In this document: one piece after another, positions 39,995 to 48,790 of the stretch | How the letters are laid out: the number at the start of each line of letters is the position of its first letter | Position numbering within the stretch: the stretch's first letter is position 1 | Assembly: GCA_024404115.1 (NCBI GenBank) | Contig: JAKSQM010000006.1 | Coordinates: 24,394-88,393 of the forward strand | DNA from: Clostridia bacterium | GTDB taxonomy: Bacteria > Bacillota > Clostridia > Oscillospirales > Acutalibacteraceae | Direction of reading: 5' to 3' | DNA length: 64,000 nucleotides | Position numbers and translations under genes: made by a program | The notes under the pieces: generated by a model | What the model was told of the DNA's origin: nothing | Seen by the model: only the letters and a program-made list of their open reading frames with translations | Database searches by the model: none

Positions 39995-40693
39995 ATGAAC
40001 ATTTTGGCAATCGGTGCCCATCCAGACGATATTGCAATTTCCTGCAGCGGCACACTCAAAAAATATATTGAAAGAGGCGACAGCGTTTCAATCTGCACAG
40101 TTACAAACGGCTGTTACGGACACACAGAGATTAAGCCGTCTGATTTGGCAGAAATCCGCATTGCAGAGGATAAGGCAATGGCAGATTCACTTGGCGCAAA
40201 ATATTTCACGCTCAATGTTGATGACCAGTTTGTTGATTCAAATGACACTAAACAGGTTGACCTGCTTGTTGATGTTCTTCGTGAAGCAAAGCCCGATTTA
40301 ATTCTCACCCACGCTTCTGACGATTATCACAGAGACCATCAGGAAACCTACCGCCTTGTTTTCAGAGCAACCTGCGCCGCAAGCCTCCATTTCTGGAAAG
40401 GTGGAAACGAAACTCCCATTTGCCCCATTTATCTTATGGATAGCTTTGCACTTAAAAACTTTGAGCCAACAGAGTATGTTGACATCACCGACACTATGGA
40501 TGCAAAAGAAAAAGCAGTTCTTGCCCATGTATCACAGGATAAATGGATGAGAGAGCATGACGGAATTTCACTTGTTGATTTTGTCAGCGATTGCGCAAAG
40601 GTAAGAGGATACCAGTGCGGTGTTAAATTTGCCGAGGGATTCAGACCAGACGGCAACTACGGCAGAATGTCAACAAAAAGATTGCTGCCTTAA
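39995..40693 (+). CDS. PIG-L/LmbE-family deacetylase
   Basis: The N-terminus reads ILAIGAHPDDIAIS and a later segment reads DDYHRDHQ. Length is 232 aa. Confidence 0.8.
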   Translation: MNILAIGAHPDDIAISCSGTLKKYIERGDSVSICTVTNGCYGHTEIKPSDLAEIRIAEDKAMADSLGAKYFTLNVDDQFVDSNDTKQVDLLVDVLREAKPDLILTHASDDYHRDHQETYRLVFRATCAASLHFWKGGNETPICPIYLMDSFALKNFEPTEYVDITDTMDAKEKAVLAHVSQDKWMREHDGISLVDFVSDCAKVRGYQCGVKFAEGFRPDGNYGRMSTKRLLP

Positions 40694-40759
40694 CAAAAAC
40701 AAATTGAAAAAAATCTTCTTATATGATAAAATGTTCAAAACAGCAGAAAGGGTGTTTTT

Positions 40760-41257
40760 ATGAAGAGAAAAGACTACATTTCATGGGATGAATATTTTAT
40801 GGGAACTGCGCTTCTTGCCGCAAAAAGAAGCAAAGACCCCAACACTCAGGTTGGAGCCTGCATTGTAAACGATAAAAAGAGGATAATGTCAATCGGCTAT
40901 AACGGCTTCCCCATGGGTTGTGATGATGATGATTTTCCGTGGGAAAGAGAGGGTGAAAATTCATTTGATACAAAATACCCTTATGTGTGCCACGCAGAGC
41001 TGAACGCAATCCTTAACAACAGAGGTGCTAACCTTGAGGGATGCACAATTTATGTTGGACTTTTCCCCTGCTGTGAATGTGCAAAGGCAATTATTCAAAG
41101 TGGAATCAAAAAGGTAATCTATCTTTCTGATAAATATAAAGAAAGCGACAGCACAAGGGCATCCAAAAGAATGCTCACCGCCGCTGGTGTGGAGCTTCAG
41201 CAGATTGAAATCAAGCATAGTCAGATAACAATAGACTTTGACGAAAAGAAGATATAA
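40760..41257 (+). CDS. dCMP deaminase (ComEB-type cytidine/deoxycytidylate deaminase)
   Basis: The zinc motifs read CHAELNAI and PCCECAKAI. Length is 165 aa. Confidence 0.85.
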   Translation: MKRKDYISWDEYFMGTALLAAKRSKDPNTQVGACIVNDKKRIMSIGYNGFPMGCDDDDFPWEREGENSFDTKYPYVCHAELNAILNNRGANLEGCTIYVGLFPCCECAKAIIQSGIKKVIYLSDKYKESDSTRASKRMLTAAGVELQQIEIKHSQITIDFDEKKI

Positions 41258-41261
41258 AATT

Positions 41262-41300
41262 AACCGACCACGGAAATTCCAGTGGTCGGTTTTACTTTTT
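41262..41300 (+). terminator. Rho-independent terminator (copy 1 of a duplicated hairpin)
   Basis: AACCGACCAC-N11-GTGGTCGGTT is followed by TTTACTTTTT. Confidence 0.8.
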
Positions 41301-41320
41301 CGATTTTCTTTGCAAAAATA

Positions 41321-41349
41321 TTGATAAATTCCCCATAATATGGTATAAT
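41321..41349 (+). promoter_or_regulatory. Near-consensus promoter TTGATA-17-TATAAT with TG extension
   Basis: Hexamers lie at 41321..41326 and 41344..41349 in the context TGGTATAAT. The small ORF starts about 55 nt downstream. Confidence 0.6.
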
Positions 41350-41402
41350 ACTCGCAAATGTGCAGTGATGGTTGTGTATAAACTGAAAGGTGTGATTCAC
41401 AG

Positions 41403-41576
41403 ATGAGTTTATACCACATTTACTTATTGTTGCTAGCCATATTTCTTGCTCTGATATGGATTATACTGAAGTATGTTTTTAGCAAAAAAACATCAGCAAA
41501 CATTGACGAGTTGCCGCTCACAATAATTGCCGATGTATTATCTGCGATAATAATTAAACTCTTAATCGAATTATAA
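41403..41576 (+). CDS. Unannotated small membrane protein (57 aa), below the ORF-track size cut-off
   Basis: Hand translation gives MSLYHIYLLLLAIFLALIWIILKYVFSKKTSANIDELPLTIIADVLSAIIIKLLIEL*. An AAAGGTG site lies about 10 nt upstream. The ORF has its own promoter and a perfect 12-bp terminator. Confidence 0.5.
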   Translation: MSLYHIYLLLLAIFLALIWIILKYVFSKKTSANIDELPLTIIADVLSAIIIKLLIEL

Positions 41577-41624
41577 GCTACCAAACCAATAATTAATTAA
41601 AGCACAACCATTACCGCCACTTTT

Positions 41625-41658
41625 AAGAATACCAAAGATGATTTGGTATTCTTTTTTT
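41625..41658 (+). terminator. Rho-independent terminator after the small ORF
   Basis: AAGAATACCAAA-GATGA-TTTGGTATTCTT forms a perfect 12 bp stem that runs into TTTTTTT. Confidence 0.8.
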
Positions 41659-41788
41659 GTAAACAAACTTCACATTTGTGACACCATTATACATTTATTT
41701 TCTTATTTGGTCAACAAAAAGGTTTAACAAATTAAGCCTTTTTTCCACGCACCCTGGCGTTTAATTATGCTTTATACAACTAAAACAA

Positions 41789-41826
41789 AACCGACCACAG
41801 ATTTCCAGTGGTCGGTTTTACTTTTA
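41789..41826. terminator. Terminator hairpin (copy 2 of the duplicated hairpin), usable on both strands
   Basis: AACCGACCAC-N10-GTGGTCGGTT is followed by TTTACTTTT. On the minus strand it follows the stop of the 41832..43085 gene and precedes TTTTGTTTT. Confidence 0.75.
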
Positions 41827-41831
41827 TAATC

Positions 41832-43085
41832 TTATTTCACCTTAACAACATTATTTGTGCATGAGCCGTCATTATTAACTGTTGTTATCATAACAGCGTC
41901 CTTACCGATAAAGCAGATATTCTCAACATTTGAGTTAAAGATGTTTTCGCCTGAATATCCCTGAACCTTGCCCTCTTTATCAACAATAAAGAATGCCTGT
42001 CCACCCTTATATGTTGCGGCAACGGCAAACTTTGATGCGTCTGAATTAACCGCAAACATATCAATCGCTTCAATATTCTTTGCAACAAATGATTTGCTTG
42101 TTACAAGGTTTGTGAATTTATGCTCCTTTGCGCTGTAAATCCAGTTGCCAGAGAATACATAATCCTTGTCAATATCGCCGTCAAATCTGATAAGCTCAGT
42201 TTCCTGACCTAAGTATGAAACGGTTTTGAATCCCTGAACAGTCTTTTTAAGGTAGATGTATCCGTTATCCTTGGGATTCTCTCGCAGGAATGTGCCGTAC
42301 ATTCCTGTGGTTTCGGGTCGGTTCATGCTTCTGTTAAGGTCATAGATGTCATAAACCTCTGTTTCTTCGTTATAAAGTCTGCCCGAAATAACAGCGGCTT
42401 TCTTTTCGCAGGATTTAAGGAATCCGTCTGTGAGAATGTGCCATCTGTCTGCAAATCTACCAGTTTTGTCTGCTCCTCTGTCTCTCTGAGAGAATATTCT
42501 TGAAAGACCGCCGTTTGTGATGTCAACATTGAAAATCTCAACATATGTTTTGTCAGATTTATATGCTTCGTTGGGGTCAAGGCTGAGAAGAAGCATTTTG
42601 CCATTTATGCCATAAACTTCGGGTGCATCTGTGAGCTTTGCAAAAACATAGGTGTAAAGGTTAACCCCTGCGTTGGCTGCATTTGTGAAAAGTCCGTAGC
42701 CAGTTGTCTTGCCGTCTTTTACAATATAGCTGATTTTAATCGGGATTTTGTTATATGTCAGCTCGGGGTAAACATTAAGTGCGTAAACAGGGCCTTTGTA
42801 AAGGTCGAAGTTTTCGCCGTCATATTCATAAAAAGAAACATTACCGCTTCTGTCTATTGAATAAAAAATGTTTTCAATGTCTGTCTGCATACAAGGGAAC
42901 TTACTTTGCACAGACACTGGATTAAGCTGTGCAAAATCCACCGATGTATAAACGCCGTCAACTACCTCACCCTCAGGGCCCGGCTTTCTTTTAAGCGTGC
43001 CGTTAAGTGTTAAGGCAACAAGTGCAATTGCGCCTGCAAGAAGCACCGACAAAGTGGGAATAAGTATCTTATGAGCAGTTTTCAT
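41832..43085 (-). CDS. Hypothetical membrane-anchored or secreted beta-rich protein
   Basis: The N-terminal hydrophobic anchor reads KILIPTLSVLLAGAIALVALTL and the ribosome-binding site AGAGG is good. I do not recognise the family. Confidence 0.6.
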   Translation of the reverse strand: MKTAHKILIPTLSVLLAGAIALVALTLNGTLKRKPGPEGEVVDGVYTSVDFAQLNPVSVQSKFPCMQTDIENIFYSIDRSGNVSFYEYDGENFDLYKGPVYALNVYPELTYNKIPIKISYIVKDGKTTGYGLFTNAANAGVNLYTYVFAKLTDAPEVYGINGKMLLLSLDPNEAYKSDKTYVEIFNVDITNGGLSRIFSQRDRGADKTGRFADRWHILTDGFLKSCEKKAAVISGRLYNEETEVYDIYDLNRSMNRPETTGMYGTFLRENPKDNGYIYLKKTVQGFKTVSYLGQETELIRFDGDIDKDYVFSGNWIYSAKEHKFTNLVTSKSFVAKNIEAIDMFAVNSDASKFAVAATYKGGQAFFIVDKEGKVQGYSGENIFNSNVENICFIGKDAVMITTVNNDGSCTNNVVKVK

Positions 43086-43100
43086 ATTATTACCTCTTTC

Positions 43101-43856
43101 TTATTTAATAATCAGTTCTACAGGACAATGGTCAGAACCGTAAATTTCGTGATGAATTTTTGCTGAAACAAGCCTTTCTTTAAAGCTTTCTGAAGCGCAG
43201 AAATAATCAATGCGCCAGCCTGCATTTCTCTCTCTTGCTTTGAATCTGTAAGACCACCAGCTGTAAGCACCCTCTCTTTCGGGGTAGAAATAGCGGAATG
43301 TATCAACAAATCCAGCTTTCAGAAGCTCAGTGAATTTTCCTCTTTCTTCATCAGAGAAACCTGCGTTGCCAACATTTGCCTTTGGATTTTTCAAATCAAT
43401 CTCTTTGTGGGCAACATTCAGATCACCGCAAAAAATAACAGGCTTGTCTTTTTGCATCAGAGATACCTTTTCTCTGAAAGCATCCTCCCACAGGCAACGG
43501 TGCTCAATTCGTTTAAGCCCGTCCTGCGCATTTGGCACATAAACTGTGATAAAATAAAAATCCTTAAATTCAAGGGTAATCATTCTGCCCTCATGGTCAA
43601 GATCCTCTTTGCCAATGCCATAAAAAACATTAAGAGGCTCTTCTTTTGAGAAAACAGCTGTACCCGAATATCCTTTTTTCTCGGCATAGTTCCAGTAGCA
43701 GTGATAACCCTCTGGTGAAAAATCAATCTGCCCCTGCTGAAGTTTGGTTTCCTGCAAGCAAAAAATATCAGCATCAAGGGAATTGAACACTTCCTCAAAG
43801 CCCTTGCCCATGCAGGCTCTTATGCCGTTTACATTCCAAGATATAAACTTTTTCAA
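43101..43856 (-). CDS. xth: Exodeoxyribonuclease III
   Basis: Motifs read SWNVNGIRA, FCLQETK and GSDHCPV. Length is 251 aa and the start codon is TTG. Confidence 0.9.
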   Translation of the reverse strand: MKKFISWNVNGIRACMGKGFEEVFNSLDADIFCLQETKLQQGQIDFSPEGYHCYWNYAEKKGYSGTAVFSKEEPLNVFYGIGKEDLDHEGRMITLEFKDFYFITVYVPNAQDGLKRIEHRCLWEDAFREKVSLMQKDKPVIFCGDLNVAHKEIDLKNPKANVGNAGFSDEERGKFTELLKAGFVDTFRYFYPEREGAYSWWSYRFKARERNAGWRIDYFCASESFKERLVSAKIHHEIYGSDHCPVELIIK

Positions 43857-44094
43857 TGCATACTTTCCTTTATAATGAATATTGAGGCTATTTTACCATA
43901 AAATCTTTTAAAAATCTATCCCAAAAATTTTTAATTCTGAGAAATTTTTGATATTTTTTTGTTTAAAAATTCAAATCTTAAAATATTTTTTATTTTTTTT
44001 GCAAAAATTAAAAAAATCATTGGACATTTTCATTTATTTATGTTATCTTTATATTGCAGTTATAATGCATTGACTGAAAGGAGAAAAAAATTAT

Positions 44095-45198
44095 ATGGCT
44101 AAAGAAAACAAAGCAGACAAAAAAGCTGCTAAAGCAGAAGCAAAAGCTGCAAAGAAAGCTGAAAAAGGCGAGAAGAATCCCGAAATCGTTAAGTCAGTTA
44201 TTTCATCAGTTACAGCAGTTGCTTGTGTAGCAGCAATGGTTGTTACAAGCCTTAGCATTACAGACAAGATTTGTAACACAAACAAAGATATCGCAGAAAA
44301 GGCATCAACAGGTGCTGGCTCAGCAATCACATCTACAGACACAGGTTCAGCAGATGTTGCAGGTTCTGACGATGCAGGTTTAACAGATGACATCGGCGGC
44401 GCTGATGATACAGCATCAGCAGACGATACATCAGTTGCAGATGATACAAGTGCTCCTGCAGATGACAGCTCATCATCATCAAGCTCTTCAAGCACACCCT
44501 CATCTTCATCATCATCAAGCTCTTCATCAGCTTCTAAGGCAGACGCAGACGCAGCTCCCGTAGGCACAGACGTAGCAAAAGTTGTTGCATATTACAACAA
44601 GGTTGCTAACGCAACAAAAGCTTACAAAGGCAAGATCACATTCAAAGCAAAGCAGGGTGCTTCAACAAAGATTACAGACACAAGCTTCCCCAAGGCTGCT
44701 ATGAACATTGCTAACGGCATGCTTCCTAATGACTATCCATCAGACTTCAACAAGAATTATGTTTTCACAAATGGTAAGGCAGCAGACGGTACAAGCATCA
44801 ACAAGGTTCTTCCCATTGAGGGCGAAGGCGTAATGAGCAAGCTTTCTGCATCAGGCGTTGCATCAGCTAAATGTGCAAAATCAGGCAACGGCTACAAAAT
44901 TGAGATCAAGCTTAAACCCGAAAGCACCAACAGCTTCTCAGTTCAGCCCCCACAGCATAAGGCTTGCATGAACTGCCTTGATATGACAGATGATGACCTT
45001 AAGCCCTTCACATGTGAAAACTGCAACATTGGTTACCAGGGCGGTACAATCATGGCAGTTGTTAACGATAAAGGTCTTCTTACAGAGTTCCACGCATACA
45101 ATCCCATGCACATCACTGGTACTCTTAAATGGACAGCAATCTCTGGTACAGCTGTTATCGATGCAAACTGGAGACGCGATGCTTACATGGCATACTAA
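44095..45198 (+). CDS. Hypothetical membrane-anchored protein with a Ser/Asp/Ala-rich linker
   Basis: It has a Lys/Ala-rich N-terminus, one TM helix, a low-complexity tract including SSSSSSSSSTPSSSSSSSSSSAS, and a globular C-terminal domain of about 210 aa. The ribosome-binding site is AAAGGAG. Confidence 0.65.
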   Translation: MAKENKADKKAAKAEAKAAKKAEKGEKNPEIVKSVISSVTAVACVAAMVVTSLSITDKICNTNKDIAEKASTGAGSAITSTDTGSADVAGSDDAGLTDDIGGADDTASADDTSVADDTSAPADDSSSSSSSSSTPSSSSSSSSSSASKADADAAPVGTDVAKVVAYYNKVANATKAYKGKITFKAKQGASTKITDTSFPKAAMNIANGMLPNDYPSDFNKNYVFTNGKAADGTSINKVLPIEGEGVMSKLSASGVASAKCAKSGNGYKIEIKLKPESTNSFSVQPPQHKACMNCLDMTDDDLKPFTCENCNIGYQGGTIMAVVNDKGLLTEFHAYNPMHITGTLKWTAISGTAVIDANWRRDAYMAY

Positions 45199-45220
45199 TA
45201 AAACAACATAACAAAAAAAG

Positions 45221-45247
45221 CACTCTCCTCACGGAGGGTGTTTTTTT
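45221..45247 (+). terminator. Rho-independent terminator
   Basis: CACTCTCC-TCAC-GGAGGGTG is followed by TTTTTTT. Confidence 0.75.
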
Positions 45248-45269
45248 ATATATTAAAGATAGAAATTAA

Positions 45270-45302
45270 AAATAAAAACGGCACATCGTTAAAATGTTCC
45301 GT
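45270..45302 (-). terminator. Probable terminator abutting the transposase stop codon
   Basis: On the minus strand, ACGGAACA-N9-TGTGCCGT is followed by TTTTTATTTTT. Confidence 0.55.
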
Positions 45303-45758
45303 TTAAAAATATTCGTCATTTTCCCATTTTTTCGGGTTTTCATTTATATATTGCATATGGCGTAAATAATCCTCATCATTTCTGATTACATGGTCAAAAA
45401 ATGAGCGTTGCCAGATGTTTTCACCAAAATCTTTGTTGCAAAATCGTTTAAATGTAGAAACTATCTGCGAAACTGTAGAGGTCGGCGTCCCCGACGACCC
45501 GCCACTGATTGATATTAACGCATGGATATGATTCGGCATAATAACATAATTATCAAACCTGACATTATCATAATAATTGCCGATTTCTTTTATATACTTT
45601 TCTGATATCAAGCCAAACGGGAGCAAAACCCTTTTTCCGTTTCTGACTTCTGATAAAATACGGTTTTTATCCCGTGTGCATATGGTTATAAAATACACGC
45701 CTGTCTGCGAATAGTCATAACTTTGTAAACGCAATTCTTTTCTTTTTGGTAAAGCCAT
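45303..45758 (-). CDS. IS200/IS605-like Y1 HUH transposase, REP-associated (RAYT-like), solitary
   Basis: 151 aa. The HUH motif reads PNHIHALI and a Tyr region reads YLRHMQYINENP. No tnpB partner or IS ends are seen. Confidence 0.75.
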   Translation of the reverse strand: MALPKRKELRLQSYDYSQTGVYFITICTRDKNRILSEVRNGKRVLLPFGLISEKYIKEIGNYYDNVRFDNYVIMPNHIHALISISGGSSGTPTSTVSQIVSTFKRFCNKDFGENIWQRSFFDHVIRNDEDYLRHMQYINENPKKWENDEYF

Positions 45759-45786
45759 AAATTACTATCCCATTATTATTGTAATT

Positions 45787-45813
45787 CGGGACGCCGAGGA
45801 CGTTGTCCCCTAC
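45787..45813. repeat. GC-rich REP-like palindromic element next to the RAYT gene
   Basis: The sequence CGGGACGCCGAGGACGTTGTCCCCTAC has GGGAC and GTCCC arms and forms an isolated GC island in AT-rich spacer. A related 13-14 nt motif, TCGGGGACGCCGA, occurs in inverted orientation at about 45484..45497. Confidence 0.45.
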
Positions 45814-45836
45814 ATTTTTGCGAAATTAAACAGTAT

Positions 45837-46106
45837 TTATTCAAACCCTTTATTGGTCTGTATTCGTTTCAGAAGTGTCTGGGTGGAGATTGGTGAAATA
45901 TAAACAAGGTTTTCGCCCGAATCCTTATCACGGCACAGGATGAATGACTTCGGCAAATCGAAGCTTACATCAACGATTTTTTTATTTTTCTGCATAGCTG
46001 AAAGATAATCTCTTGTTGCCTTTGAAACAGTTGTGTTATCAAGGTCAAAAATCCCGATAATCTCGTCAGTTGTGATAACAGTGTTTTCACCCAAATGAAG
46101 AAACAT
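45837..46106 (-). CDS. remB: DUF370 protein (RemB/YaaB-like)
   Basis: 89 aa. It lies immediately after recF, as yaaB does in Bacillus. The sequence MFLHLGENTVI...IIGIFDLD is typical of DUF370. Confidence 0.75.
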   Translation of the reverse strand: MFLHLGENTVITTDEIIGIFDLDNTTVSKATRDYLSAMQKNKKIVDVSFDLPKSFILCRDKDSGENLVYISPISTQTLLKRIQTNKGFE

Positions 46107-46115
46107 AGCTTTACC

Positions 46116-47213
46116 TCAGATTTGTTTTATTGTGCCTTCGCAGACTTCAAATGCTTTGCCGTAATTGATTTTTGAAATATGCGCCTTATCGCAGCAGGTA
46201 ACAAAAACCTGCCAATCCTCAAGATATTTCAAAAGGCATTTCTGTCGCTGACCGTCAAGCTCACTCATAACATCGTCAAGCAGTGCAACAGGCTGTTCAC
46301 CGCATCTGTCTTTAATGATGAATCCCTCGGCAATTTTCATTGCAAGGGCGCAGGAACGCTGTTGACCCTGTGAGCCATATGCTCTTGCCGACCTGCCCGA
46401 AAGAGTAATATCAATATCGTCCTTATGAGGTCCTGCGGAGGTCTGAAATCTTGCAATATCACTCTGCCTTTTGCGAAGAAGCTCATCATAAAGTATCTGC
46501 GACCATTCAACGGCTGTTTCGCCCTTTTCTTTAAGGCTGTTCACATATGAAAGCCTGAATTTCTCACGGTCATTTGAAATTTCTTTATAAATATCGGCAG
46601 TGTATTCTTTTAAAGAATCAATATATTGCAGGCGATATTCTATAATTCTGCCGCCTAACTTTGCCGTTTCTTCATCAAAAGCAAAAAGAAAATCCTCTGT
46701 GGCAGAGCCATCATTTATCTTTTTTAAAAGATTATTTCTCTGCATAACTGCTTTGTTATATTTTGAAAGCACCGCCGCATAGTTTGGCTTTAAAAGGCTG
46801 ATGGCAATATCAAGAAATTTTCTTTTTTCGCCAGGTCCGTCTTTAATAACAGAAAGAACAGACGGAGAGAAAACCACCGCCTGAAATTCGCCCAAAAGCT
46901 GCCTGTGTGTATTTTTTTTAATTCCGTTTATGTGAACTTCTTTTTTGTCGCCGATTTTAAGCTTTACTTCCTGCTCACGGTTAAAAGCAAAAAAGGAAGA
47001 GTTAAGCTCTGCCTCTTTTGAATGTTCGTTAATCAGCTCATTATTTTTGCGGGTGCGGAAGCTGTTGCAGCCAGTGAAAAGCCAGATACTTTCAATAATA
47101 TTTGTCTTTCCGTGTCCGTTTTCGCCATAGATAACATTGATGCCCTCATCAGGCTCAAAAGAAATATCACTGATGTTACGGAAATTTTTGATGTGATGTT
47201 CAAGTACCCTCAT
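46116..47213 (-). CDS. recF: DNA replication and repair protein RecF
   Basis: The Walker A reads GENGHGKTNIIE, an SMC-like signature reads GSQGQQRS, and the gene has an ATGA-type overlap with yaaA. Confidence 0.9.
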   Translation of the reverse strand: MRVLEHHIKNFRNISDISFEPDEGINVIYGENGHGKTNIIESIWLFTGCNSFRTRKNNELINEHSKEAELNSSFFAFNREQEVKLKIGDKKEVHINGIKKNTHRQLLGEFQAVVFSPSVLSVIKDGPGEKRKFLDIAISLLKPNYAAVLSKYNKAVMQRNNLLKKINDGSATEDFLFAFDEETAKLGGRIIEYRLQYIDSLKEYTADIYKEISNDREKFRLSYVNSLKEKGETAVEWSQILYDELLRKRQSDIARFQTSAGPHKDDIDITLSGRSARAYGSQGQQRSCALAMKIAEGFIIKDRCGEQPVALLDDVMSELDGQRQKCLLKYLEDWQVFVTCCDKAHISKINYGKAFEVCEGTIKQI

Positions 47214-47461
47214 ACAAGTCTGTAAATCACATTTTCAAACTCAACTTCATCGCCAGTGCGAAGCTTTTTGCCACGCTGAGTGCAAACCTCGCCGTTAACC
47301 TTGGCATCGCCATACTGAATAATCATCTTGGCATGACCACCTGTCTGCGCAACATCACAGAATTTAAGGAATGAGTCAAGTCTGATAAAATCGGTAGTGA
47401 TTGTTTTTTCAACTACCTTTTTTTCTTTAACTTTAAGTTTAAAATTAGCTCTTTTAATCAT
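47210..47461 (-). CDS. yaaA: S4-domain RNA-binding protein YaaA/RlbA-like
   Basis: 83 aa. It sits between dnaN and recF and overlaps both. Confidence 0.75.
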   Translation of the reverse strand: MIKRANFKLKVKEKKVVEKTITTDFIRLDSFLKFCDVAQTGGHAKMIIQYGDAKVNGEVCTQRGKKLRTGDEVEFENVIYRLV

Positions 47462-48569
47462 TCTTTTTTAACCTCACAGGAAGAACAAGGAATACAAAGC
47501 TGTCGCCCTCTGGCGGAAGAATAAGAATAGGTGAAATTGAACCGTTCAGCTCAATTCTGACAACATCTGAATCGCATGCTTTAAGTGCATCAAGAAGATA
47601 GCGGTTGTTAAAGCCGATTTCAACTCTGTTGCCGTCGATTTCTGCCTCTGCTCTGTCGTTTGCAGTGCCAAGTGAAGCAACACTGCTAACCTTTACCATG
47701 TTGTCATCAAAAATGCAGGAAACAAGGCTCTTTGTTTTGTCGCTGATAATAAGAGAAGCTCTTTCAATGCTGTTGATAAAGCTCTTTGTGTCAATCTTAA
47801 CCCTTGTTGATGCTGTAACAGGGATTGCAGCCTTGTAATTTAAAAATTCACCCTCAAGAAGTCTTGATGTAACGGTGTATCCGCCAAGCTCAAAAAGAAT
47901 GTGTCTTTTGCCAATGTCCATAGAGATATAATCCTCGCCGTCATCAGAAACAGCAAGCTTAATAACCTCTGAAAGAGTTTTTGACGGAACAATAAACGAA
48001 GCATCTTCGCCTTTATAATCAATTGTTTCTTTTCTGATTGCCATTCTGAATCCGTCAACGGCAATGAGCTTGATTTCGTTTTCTGTTAATTCAAACTTGA
48101 TGCCTGTGTAAACAACCTTTGAATCAGTTGATGCAACAGCAAAAATAGTCTGCCTTACCATCTCTCTGAGAAGCTTCTGGCTGATAACAATAGGATAGCC
48201 ACCCTTAACAGAGGGAAGCTCAGGGTATTCATCTGCCGCAATGCCCATAATCTGATATTTTGTGTTGCCGCTTGTGATGATAGCAAGGTTTCTGTCATCA
48301 GATTCAAACTTAACAGTTCCGTCTGGCAGATTTCTGAGAATTTCACAAAGGATTTTGGCATTGAGTATAATTGAACCCTGTTCTTCAACACCAGCATTTA
48401 TAGATGTTTTTATGCTTATTTCAAGGTCATAGCCAGTGAGAATAAGTTCGTTGCCCAGTGCTTTAATAAGAATACCCTCAACAGCAGGTATAGAAGTTTT
48501 GGTTGAAACAGCTCGCTGAACATTTTGACATGCCTGTGAGAGCAAAGCTGTGCTGCACTGAAATTTCAT
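47454..48569 (-). CDS. dnaN: DNA polymerase III beta sliding clamp
   Basis: 371 aa with a three-domain clamp pattern and the C-terminus LVLPVRL. The ribosome-binding site is GGAGG. Confidence 0.9.
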   Translation of the reverse strand: MKFQCSTALLSQACQNVQRAVSTKTSIPAVEGILIKALGNELILTGYDLEISIKTSINAGVEEQGSIILNAKILCEILRNLPDGTVKFESDDRNLAIITSGNTKYQIMGIAADEYPELPSVKGGYPIVISQKLLREMVRQTIFAVASTDSKVVYTGIKFELTENEIKLIAVDGFRMAIRKETIDYKGEDASFIVPSKTLSEVIKLAVSDDGEDYISMDIGKRHILFELGGYTVTSRLLEGEFLNYKAAIPVTASTRVKIDTKSFINSIERASLIISDKTKSLVSCIFDDNMVKVSSVASLGTANDRAEAEIDGNRVEIGFNNRYLLDALKACDSDVVRIELNGSISPILILPPEGDSFVFLVLPVRLKKND

Positions 48570-48627
48570 AAAAATTCCTCCGTTTGCGAAATAAATAATT
48601 TATATTATTTAGTAGTAGTATTAGTGG

Positions 48628-48790
48628 TTGTCAAAACTGTGTAAAACAGGAAAACCTGCGCAGTATCAACAAAAATCGGTATTTTGCCGTGTTGAAACTG
48701 AAGTCAGAAAATTCTTAAAAATTCTGATTGACTTTTGACAATGTTAAAGCTGTGCAAAGTTGTCAGTTAATTGTCAAAAAAGATGTCGAA
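48628..48790. promoter_or_regulatory. Cluster of TTGTCAAAA repeats plus a TGTCGAA (0A-box-like) heptamer upstream of dnaN
   Basis: TTGTCAAAA occurs at 48628..48636 and 48771..48779, and its reverse complement at 48733..48741. TTGTCAG lies at 48760 and a perfect TGTCGAA at 48784..48790. Only the copy at 48628 has a plausible -10 element (TAAATA, 17 nt away). Confidence 0.4.

Noticed and set aside
40961-41419. 152 aa minus-strand ORF.
   Set aside because: It overlaps the 3-prime half of the dCMP deaminase gene and runs across its terminator and the following promoter. It has no coding features.
44091-44567. 158 aa minus-strand ORF rich in Asp, Glu, Ser and Ala.
   Set aside because: It is the antisense mirror of the low-complexity Ser/Asp/Ala linker of the 44095..45198 gene. 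It has no ribosome-binding site and is an artefact of repeat composition.
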